From NCBI GenBank assembly GCA_031372565.1, contig JANMLN010000166.1:1-53282 (forward strand): a DNA stretch of 53,282 bases, read 5' to 3'. The DNA is from Gemmatimonadota bacterium (GTDB lineage: Bacteria; Gemmatimonadota; Gemmatimonadetes; Gemmatimonadales; Gemmatimonadaceae). The first letter of the stretch is position 1. Each line of letters begins with the position of its first letter. Of the stretch, positions 46,728 to 53,282 are shown in pieces. The position numbers and the translations under genes are program-made. The notes under the pieces were generated by a model. It did no database searches and had not been told where the DNA came from. It worked only from the letters and a program-made list of their open reading frames with translations.

Positions 46728-47039
46728 TCAGGTCACGATGCGGAACAAGTAGTCGAGGCGGGTGATGTCCAGCAGGTGGCGGAGTTCCGCAGCCGGCTGC
46801 TGGAGGACGGTGCGCATGCCACGTTCGCGCGCCCGCTTCTCAATCAGGACCAGAATGCCGAGCCCGCTCGCGTCGATCGCGACGGTGTGGGCGAGCTCGA
46901 GGACAAAGTCGCGCGCCCCGCGCCTCGATGCCTGTTCCAGCGCGGCGAGCGCGACCGTGCGGAACTCTCCGCGCGTCTCCGCCACGAGGCGGAGCGGGCC
47001 GGTGAGATGGAAGGCATGAGCGTCGGCCTGGATGAGCAT
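46728..47039 (-). CDS. STAS domain (anti-sigma antagonist-like) protein
   Basis: IDASGLGILV and LLDITRLDYLF; alternative starts up to 47105. Confidence 0.82.
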   Translation of the reverse strand: MLIQADAHAFHLTGPLRLVAETRGEFRTVALAALEQASRRGARDFVLELAHTVAIDASGLGILVLIEKRARERGMRTVLQQPAAELRHLLDITRLDYLFRIVT

Positions 47040-47119
47040 GCAGGGCTCCACGAATGGTGGGGGCGTGCCGGGTAGTGGGATGGCGACTGCCATCGTGGAA
47101 CTCATCTTGCGAGACTCGT

Positions 47120-47270
47120 GCCAGTGGAGTTATATGGTGATAAATTGTTGTTATATAACCACTTACGCTGTTTTACCTGTCCGATAGCGGGTCAGAAGCG
47201 TGGCGCGAACAGCGCAGTCTGTAGCGTAACGCTATACTGTATCGTTTTTTGATATACAGTTATTGACGGT
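47120..47270. promoter_or_regulatory. AT-rich divergent regulatory region between STAS and acs
   Basis: Sharp drop in GC; inverted repeats at 47222-47234 and 47236-47260. Confidence 0.55.
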
Positions 47271-47313
47271 TGGAAAGTGACAGGACGGGGCGAGCGGGTG
47301 ACGGGTGGGGGAC

Positions 47314-47344
47314 AAGCAGGTCCTTCGCTTCGCTCAGGACGACA
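47314..47344 (-). repeat. REP-like palindromic repeat, copy 4
   Basis: aagcaggtccttcgcttcgctcaggacgaca, one mismatch to copy 1. Confidence 0.85.
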
Positions 47345-47407
47345 GGGGCGACGCGCCTGCGCACGCCGACACTGCGAAATCGCTGCGCATCGCTCATGTT
47401 TTCCCGC

Positions 47408-49372
47408 ATGGAAGAAATCGACGCCCTCCTCACGGAATCCCGGACCTTCCCGCCGCCGCCCGCCTTTGCCGCCGCGGCCCACGTCAGCACGCGCGCGCTC
47501 TGGCAACAGGGCGAGGACGACTACGAGGGGTACTGGGCCGAGCAGGCCGCGCACCTCGAGTGGGCGACACCGTGGCAGCGCGTGCTCGATTGGCAGCCGC
47601 CCCACGCACAGTGGTTTCTGGGAGGACAGCTCAACGTCGCGGTCAACTGCGTGGACCGTCACGTGCGCGGTCCCAATCGCAACAAGGCCGCGATCGTCTG
47701 GGAAGGGGAACCGGGCGATCGCCGCACGCTGACCTACTGGGACCTCTACGTCGAAGTCCGCAAGTTCGCGAACGTCCTGACCTCGCTCGGCGTCGCCAAG
47801 GGGGATCGCGTCGGCATCTACTTGCCGCTGATTCCCGAGGCGTCCATCGCGATGCTCGCCTGCGCACGCATCGGGGCCATTCACTCCGTGGTCTTCGGCG
47901 GCTTCAGCCCCGAGTCGTTGCGCGACCGGATGAACGATGCCGAGGCCAAGGTGTTGATCACCGCCGACGGCGGCTATCGCCGCGGTCAGGTCGTGCCGCT
48001 CAAGCGCAACGCAGACAAGGCGCTCGCCGATGCGCCCACCGTGCAGCACTGTATCGTCGTGCGCCGCCTCGCGGCCGGCATCGTCGACGATTCCTTCTCG
48101 CAGATGCAGGAGGGGCGCGACCACTGGTGGCATCGCCTGATGGAGCACGCGCCGAGCGTGCACGAGCCCGCACCGATGGACGCGGAAGATCCGCTGTTCA
48201 TCCTGTACACCTCGGGCACCACGGGAAAGCCCAAGGGGATCGTCCACACCACCGGCGGCTACCTCACGGGGGTGGCGTCATCGACGCGACTCGTGTTCGA
48301 CCTCAAGGACGATGATGTCTTCTGGTGCACCGCCGACGTCGGCTGGATCACGGGGCACTCGTATCTCGTGTACGGCCCGCTCGCGAATGGTGCGACCTGC
48401 GTGATGTACGAAGGCGCTCCCGACTGGCCCGAGAAGGATCGGTTCTGGGCCCTCTGCGAGAAGCACGGCGTGACGATCCTCTACACCGCGCCGACCGCCA
48501 TTCGCGCCTTCATGAAGTGGGGGGAGGAGCACCCGAAGCGGCACGACCTGTCGCGACTGCGCCTGCTGGGCTCCGTGGGTGAGCCGATCAACCCCGAGGC
48601 CTGGATGTGGTATCACGAGGTGATCGGCGGCGGACGCTGCCCGATCGTCGACACGTGGTGGCAGACGGAAACGGGATCGATCGTGATCTCGCCGCTTCCG
48701 GGCGCGACGACGACCAAGCCCGGCTCGGCCACGCAGCCGCTGCCCGGCTATTCCGTGACGCTGCTCGACTCGATGGCGCACGAGATTGGCACCGGTGGCG
48801 GGCTGCTCGCGATCACCAAGCCGTGGCCCTCGATGCTGCGCACGCTGTGGGGCGACGACGCGCGCTACGTGAGCACGTACTTCTCCAAGTGGGAGGGGCG
48901 GCCCGACCTCTACTTCCCGGGCGACGGCGTCAAGCGCGATGCCGATGGCTACCTGTGGATTCTCGGCCGCGTGGACGACGTGCTCAACGTGAGCGGACAC
49001 CGGATCGGCACAATGGAGGTCGAGAGCGCGCTGGTCGAGCATCCCGCGGTCGCGGAGGCCGCGGTCGTGGGACGCACCCACGCGCTCAAGGGGCAGGCGA
49101 TCTGCGCGTTCGTCACCGTGCGCGAGGGGCAGCCGACCTCGCTCGCGCTGCGCGATGAACTGCGCGAGTTCGTGGCGAACAAGATCGGGGCGTTGGCGCG
49201 CCCCGACGACATCTTCTTCAGCGCCGACCTGCCGAAGACCCGCTCGGGCAAGATCATGCGACGGCTGCTCCGTGACATTGCCGAAGGGCGCGCGTTGGGT
49301 GATACCACCACGCTCGCCGATCCCGCGGTGGTCGCGGGGCTCAAGGCGCAGTACGAGGCGCAGGAGTCGTAG
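47408..49372 (+). CDS. acs: acetyl-CoA synthetase
   Basis: [52 protein letters not shown]; start 47396 or 47408. Confidence 0.96.
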   Translation: MEEIDALLTESRTFPPPPAFAAAAHVSTRALWQQGEDDYEGYWAEQAAHLEWATPWQRVLDWQPPHAQWFLGGQLNVAVNCVDRHVRGPNRNKAAIVWEGEPGDRRTLTYWDLYVEVRKFANVLTSLGVAKGDRVGIYLPLIPEASIAMLACARIGAIHSVVFGGFSPESLRDRMNDAEAKVLITADGGYRRGQVVPLKRNADKALADAPTVQHCIVVRRLAAGIVDDSFSQMQEGRDHWWHRLMEHAPSVHEPAPMDAEDPLFILYTSGTTGKPKGIVHTTGGYLTGVASSTRLVFDLKDDDVFWCTADVGWITGHSYLVYGPLANGATCVMYEGAPDWPEKDRFWALCEKHGVTILYTAPTAIRAFMKWGEEHPKRHDLSRLRLLGSVGEPINPEAWMWYHEVIGGGRCPIVDTWWQTETGSIVISPLPGATTTKPGSATQPLPGYSVTLLDSMAHEIGTGGGLLAITKPWPSMLRTLWGDDARYVSTYFSKWEGRPDLYFPGDGVKRDADGYLWILGRVDDVLNVSGHRIGTMEVESALVEHPAVAEAAVVGRTHALKGQAICAFVTVREGQPTSLALRDELREFVANKIGALARPDDIFFSADLPKTRSGKIMRRLLRDIAEGRALGDTTTLADPAVVAGLKAQYEAQES

Positions 49373-49375
49373 CGA

Positions 49376-50671
49376 GTGGCAGCGCCTGCCGTCCCGGCTC
49401 GGAGGATGCGGATCGGGATCGTCACCGCCTGGTTCCCGCGCGGGGCCGCGTACGTCTCGCGGCAGTATGCGCAGACGCTCGCGGCGGCGCACGAGGTGCG
49501 CATCTACGCGCGCGGCGGGCAACGGCCGCCCGCGAGCGAGACGGAGTGGCATGGGCCCGAGGTGCACTGGGCGCGCGCGCCGGTGTTCGACGCAGGTCCT
49601 GACTCGATCGACCTGCCCGACTTTGACGCCTGGCTCGTGCGCGAGCGCCTCGACTGGGTGATCTTCACCGACCAGTTCTGGATGGAGCCGGTGTTGACCT
49701 GTGCGCAACGCGGCGTGCACGCCGCATCGTGCGTGATCGAGTATCACACCGAGCAGATCCCGCTCTACGACGCGTACGACCTGCTCATCTGCAACTCGCG
49801 GCAGCACTACGAGCTCTTTTCGGCCAGACATCCGGGGGCGCGCTACATCCCGTGGGGCACCGATCTCGCGACCTTCTACCCGGCGTCGCTCGAGGCCGTG
49901 GAACCGGGCTGGGTCACCTTCGTTCACGCCGCCGGACTCAATGCGCATCGCAAGGGCACGGACCTGGTGATGCAGGCCTTCGCCCAACTGGTCGACGAGG
50001 GAGCACGGCGGATCAAGCTGCAGCTGCGATCACAAGGCGCGATTCGCGCGCGTCTGGGCGAACGCGAACTCGCGAGGCTCGAGGCGCTCGGCGTGCTGGT
50101 CTATCGCGGGCCCGATGCCCCGGACCCCACCGCACGCGCGCCCGAGCCCGATCGACGCAGCCTGTATGCCCGCGGCGATGTGTACCTGTATCCCTGCCGA
50201 TTCGATGGCCTCGGGCTGTCGGTGCCGGAGGCCATGGCCTGCGGCCTGGTACCGATCAGCACCGACTATCCCCCGATGAACGAGTTCGTGTTCCCGGGCA
50301 GCGGACGGACCGTGGCGATCACGCACACGCACCAGGAGCCACGTGCGCATCATCGCTTCGCGGAGCCTTCGCTGGCCTCGCTCGTCGAGCAGATGCGCGC
50401 CTGCGCCGCGGACTTCGACTCCTCGTGGAAGCGACGCGCCCGCGCGGACGCGGAGGCGCATCTCGACTGGGTGCAGAACGCACGCGACTTGCCGGCGCTG
50501 TTCGGCGACCGTTCGTATCAGGACCCCGCGGTGCGTGAGCGAGCGCTGGCAGACGTGCGTGCGTTCGAGGCCTCACGGCGCACCAGCCTGCGCGCGCGCG
50601 TGGGCCATCGCTGGCCGGAGCTCGTGCGCGGTGGCCGCGCCGTGGCGCGCTGGCTACGCGGTCGCATATAA
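49376..50671 (+). CDS. glycosyltransferase family 4 (GT-B)
   Basis: RKGTD and DVYLYPCRFDGLGLSVPEAMACG motifs. Confidence 0.85.
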   Translation: MAAPAVPARRMRIGIVTAWFPRGAAYVSRQYAQTLAAAHEVRIYARGGQRPPASETEWHGPEVHWARAPVFDAGPDSIDLPDFDAWLVRERLDWVIFTDQFWMEPVLTCAQRGVHAASCVIEYHTEQIPLYDAYDLLICNSRQHYELFSARHPGARYIPWGTDLATFYPASLEAVEPGWVTFVHAAGLNAHRKGTDLVMQAFAQLVDEGARRIKLQLRSQGAIRARLGERELARLEALGVLVYRGPDAPDPTARAPEPDRRSLYARGDVYLYPCRFDGLGLSVPEAMACGLVPISTDYPPMNEFVFPGSGRTVAITHTHQEPRAHHRFAEPSLASLVEQMRACAADFDSSWKRRARADAEAHLDWVQNARDLPALFGDRSYQDPAVRERALADVRAFEASRRTSLRARVGHRWPELVRGGRAVARWLRGRI

Positions 50672-50677
50672 TCCGGC

Positions 50678-51058
50678 ATGGGAGTCCTCGACCGCCTTTT
50701 CCCCGACAAGCTCTTCCGGCATCGGCTGTCCGATGCGGCGGAGAAGCGACTCAAATTCGCCGTGGCGCGCGCCGAGGAAGCGATCGTCGAGGTGCACGTG
50801 CGCAACGCCCTGCTCTTTGTCGAGACGCTGGCGGGCGAATTGTCGTTCGACCGCGCGATCGACACCTACATCCGGGAAATGGCGATCCCCGAGCCGCTCG
50901 CGAGCACCGTGGCGACGCGCACGCTCGTTGGCTTGTCCGAAACGCTGCCACCCGCGCCTGACAGCGCGACCCCTCTGCTCGAGGACCGTCCTCCGCTTCG
51001 CCTGGATGATCAGGGGCGCGCGGACGGCGACGGTCCATCGGTGCGCCGCATCGGCTGA
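50678..51058 (+). CDS. hypothetical protein
   Basis: 126-aa ORF with normal codon usage, followed by a hairpin. Confidence 0.7.
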   Translation: MGVLDRLFPDKLFRHRLSDAAEKRLKFAVARAEEAIVEVHVRNALLFVETLAGELSFDRAIDTYIREMAIPEPLASTVATRTLVGLSETLPPAPDSATPLLEDRPPLRLDDQGRADGDGPSVRRIG

Positions 51059-51065
51059 GGGTCAA

Positions 51066-51103
51066 CGAACGCGGGGGACGCCACCTGGCGTCCCCCGCGT
51101 TCG
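51066..51103. terminator. hairpin between convergent genes
   Basis: cgaacgcgggggacgcca-cc-tggcgtcccccgcgttcg. Confidence 0.75.
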
Positions 51104-51124
51104 CATGGCCATCCGGGCGCCGTG

Positions 51125-51853
51125 CTACTGCGGCTTGCCCGTGTTGGCAGCGCTCGCCTTCTTCTGCTCGGCGAGGATCGCATCGACTTCCTTGCGGATC
51201 GCGTCGTACGTGAGGTTGCCGGTCATCAACCGATCGTTGATGTAGAACGTGGGCGTGCCATTGACGCGGCGCCGGTCGCCCTCGGCCCGGTTGGCTTCGA
51301 TCTGCAGCACGAACTCCTGGGAGTCGTAGCATCCTTCCCACTTGGCCATGTCGAGGCCGAGTTCCTTGGCGTACCCCACCATGAACTTGCGCGGATCGGA
51401 GGTGGCCTGGGTATTCCACTCGACCTGGCCGTTGAAGACGCGGTCGTGCATGTCCCAGAACTTGCCCTGCGCGTTGGCGCAGGCCGCTGCATGGGACGCG
51501 GCCATCGTGTTCTGGTGAATTTGCGTGAGCGGAAAGTCGTAATAGCGGAATGACACGACCCCCGAGTCGACGAGCCGCTTGCGCACGTCGGGCTCGGTGA
51601 CTGCGGCATAGAGCGCGCACTGCGGACACTCGAAGTCGCCGAACTCGGCAATCTGCACCGGGGCCGTCGGGCTGCCGAGGAGGTAGCCCTCCGCCTTGGT
51701 CTGGGCGAGGAGTGCCGGATCGACCTTCCGGGGCGCCGCGGCCGCCTTGGCGCGCGAGGCCATGTACCCGAGGATGCTGGCCCCTCCGAGGAAGATCACG
51801 AGCAGCATCGCGTAGAACGCGGGGGACGGGCGGGACTTGGTCTTCGCTACCAC
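51125..51853 (-). CDS. DsbA/BdbD-like thiol-disulfide oxidoreductase
   Basis: N-terminal TM; EFGDFECPQC; DFPL; QGKFWDMHD; cis-Pro GTPTF. Confidence 0.9.
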   Translation of the reverse strand: MVAKTKSRPSPAFYAMLLVIFLGGASILGYMASRAKAAAAPRKVDPALLAQTKAEGYLLGSPTAPVQIAEFGDFECPQCALYAAVTEPDVRKRLVDSGVVSFRYYDFPLTQIHQNTMAASHAAACANAQGKFWDMHDRVFNGQVEWNTQATSDPRKFMVGYAKELGLDMAKWEGCYDSQEFVLQIEANRAEGDRRRVNGTPTFYINDRLMTGNLTYDAIRKEVDAILAEQKKASAANTGKPQ

Positions 51854-52152
51854 TCGGGTCGTTCCTCGTCGTCAGGGGTCCAGCCGGGGGCCTCATACGA
51901 ACCATCGGTGGTGTGCTGGGCGTCAGCCACGATCCGGCGATTCTCGGCCACTTCGGGGGTGTCGTAGGTAATGCGGACTTCGTAGTGAAACAGTTCGCTC
52001 TTGATGTCGCCGACCAGCCGCATGAGTTCCGGCGCCCGGGCAAGCAGCTCGCCCTGGTCACCAAGCTCTCGAATCCGGTCCGCGAGCGCGCGCAACATGC
52101 GCTCGAGATTCCGCGCCCGCTCGTCGTCGTAGGTTTGCTCGCCGTCAGCCAT
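51847..52152 (-). CDS. hypothetical acidic protein
   Basis: GGAGG RBS before ATG 52152; overlaps the DsbA start. Confidence 0.7.
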   Translation of the reverse strand: MADGEQTYDDERARNLERMLRALADRIRELGDQGELLARAPELMRLVGDIKSELFHYEVRITYDTPEVAENRRIVADAQHTTDGSYEAPGWTPDDEERPEW

Positions 52153-52228
52153 GGCTGCCTCCGATGCCCCAACGCTAGCCCGCCGCCGGACGGGCGACAA
52201 GTCGCGAGGCGCGCTAGCATTCTCGGTC

Positions 52229-53065
52229 GTGCACCCCGATCGCTTGCGCATCAACGTGGGGCCCGGCGCTCTCGCCGTGACGCGCTACGGACACGCCGAC
52301 CGCGCCCTGGTCCTGCTCCACGGCTTTCCGCTGTCGTCGTTCACGTGGCGGGACGTCGCACCGGCGTTGGTGCGCGCCGGCTGGATGGTGATCTGTCCCG
52401 ACCTGCTCGGGCACGGGGAGTCCGACCGTCCGCTGGACGCACCGATCGGGCCGATTGCACAAGCGCGCTGGATCCGCGAGTTGTTGGCAGCTCTGGGGGT
52501 CACGCGCGCGGCCGTCGTGGGGCACGATCTCGGGGCGCTGGTGGCCTGCGCACTGGCGGCTGAGTCGCCGGCGTTGGTGTCGGCGCTGGTGCTGGTGTCC
52601 CCGCTCGCCCCCGAGTCGATGCCCCCCGCCGATGTGCGGGCGCTGCAGCGCGACACGGGCCGGATTGCGGTCCGCCTCGCGGGAGAGCTGCTTGGCGCCG
52701 CCGAGCTGTTGGATCCGCTGCTCCGGGCGCGGGCGCTCGATCCTGACGCGCTCGACGCCCGGGTGGTGGCCCGCGCGACGGCCCCGTTTGTCGGGCGGGA
52801 GGGGGTGCGGCAGCTGCTTGCGCTGGCACGATCGCTCGAGCCGGGGGACGAGCCTGCGATCGACCTCGCGATGGTGCGCCCACCCACGCTGGTCTGCCTT
52901 GGCGCGGGCGAGGTCGGCCCAGTCGAGCGCTTTGCGGCGGGGCTGGCCGGGGCACAGGTCGAGCGGCTGCCTGGCGCGTCGGCGCTCTCACCCGAGGAAG
53001 CGCCCGGCGCTCTGGCAGGCCTGATCGTGACCTTTCTGTCCGGGAACGTGACAGGGAGGGGCTGA
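52229..53065 (+). CDS. alpha/beta hydrolase fold protein (catalytic His apparently absent)
   Basis: LLHGFP, PDLLGHGESDRP, VGHDLG; C-terminal GASALSPEEAP. Confidence 0.85.
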   Translation: MHPDRLRINVGPGALAVTRYGHADRALVLLHGFPLSSFTWRDVAPALVRAGWMVICPDLLGHGESDRPLDAPIGPIAQARWIRELLAALGVTRAAVVGHDLGALVACALAAESPALVSALVLVSPLAPESMPPADVRALQRDTGRIAVRLAGELLGAAELLDPLLRARALDPDALDARVVARATAPFVGREGVRQLLALARSLEPGDEPAIDLAMVRPPTLVCLGAGEVGPVERFAAGLAGAQVERLPGASALSPEEAPGALAGLIVTFLSGNVTGRG

Positions 53066-53175
53066 GTTCAGACCACTTGGGGTGTTGCGTGCCAACGCGT
53101 CAACGTTCGGTTCCATGCGCGCGTACGATTGTTTAGATTCTCATAGCTGTACCTTACTTATTTCCCAGGAGCTGC

Positions 53176-53282
53176 ATGGCCAGGCAGAAGTCCCGTCCGC
53201 GTCCCGAGTCGACGAGCCCTACGCCCTTCGATCAGGCGCGAGACGAAATGTTCCAGCACATCATGCGGTGCGAAGTGATCGG
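53176..53282 (+). CDS. hypothetical protein, 5' fragment
   Basis: AGGAG RBS then ATG; MARQKSRPRPESTSPTPFDQARDEMFQHIMRCEVI open to the window end. Confidence 0.65.
   Translation, partial: MARQKSRPRPESTSPTPFDQARDEMFQHIMRCEVI

Noticed and set aside
47237..47259. LexA SOS box (CTGT...ACAG)
   Set aside because: The spacer is 15 nt rather than the canonical 8, and the flanking genes are not SOS genes.

Overview
High-GC bacterial chromosomal segment. Gene content and style suggest Gemmatimonadota, which is inference only. It has about 50 CDSs and no recognisable rRNA, tRNA, CRISPR, integrase or transposase. In order: beta-oxidation genes (partial acyl-CoA dehydrogenase, FadN-like); GGCT, SIMPL and SRPBCC genes; an arsR plus arsM::arsN2-like fusion; comEA-pilB-pilT-pilC; an M28/glutaminyl-cyclase-like lipoprotein; a coupled lptF-lptG-mlaE-mlaD operon; an Oar-like TonB-dependent receptor with a partner lipoprotein; two APC permeases around ctaB; an M24 peptidase and a V4R-like protein; a tightly coupled biosynthetic operon (zf-HC2 anti-sigma, DUF92, GGR-family flavoprotein, flavin reductase, SAM methyltransferase, START-fold cyclase, lone KAS II) with no ACP or chain-length factor; a heptad-repeat secreted protein; aquaporin, M20 amidohydrolase and a membrane gluzincin; ppa, hemB, an outer-membrane protein, hemC, hemD, ccmDCBA; STAS, acs, GT4, DsbA and an alpha/beta hydrolase lacking the catalytic His. 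Four copies of a REP-like palindrome occur in intergenic regions. The best candidates for new biology are the orphan-KS/cyclase operon (28.5-33.9 kb), the ArsM-ArsN2 fusion and an apparent Q-rule/glutaminyl-cyclase system. All calls come from motif recognition by eye, with no database searches, and many start codons are best guesses.
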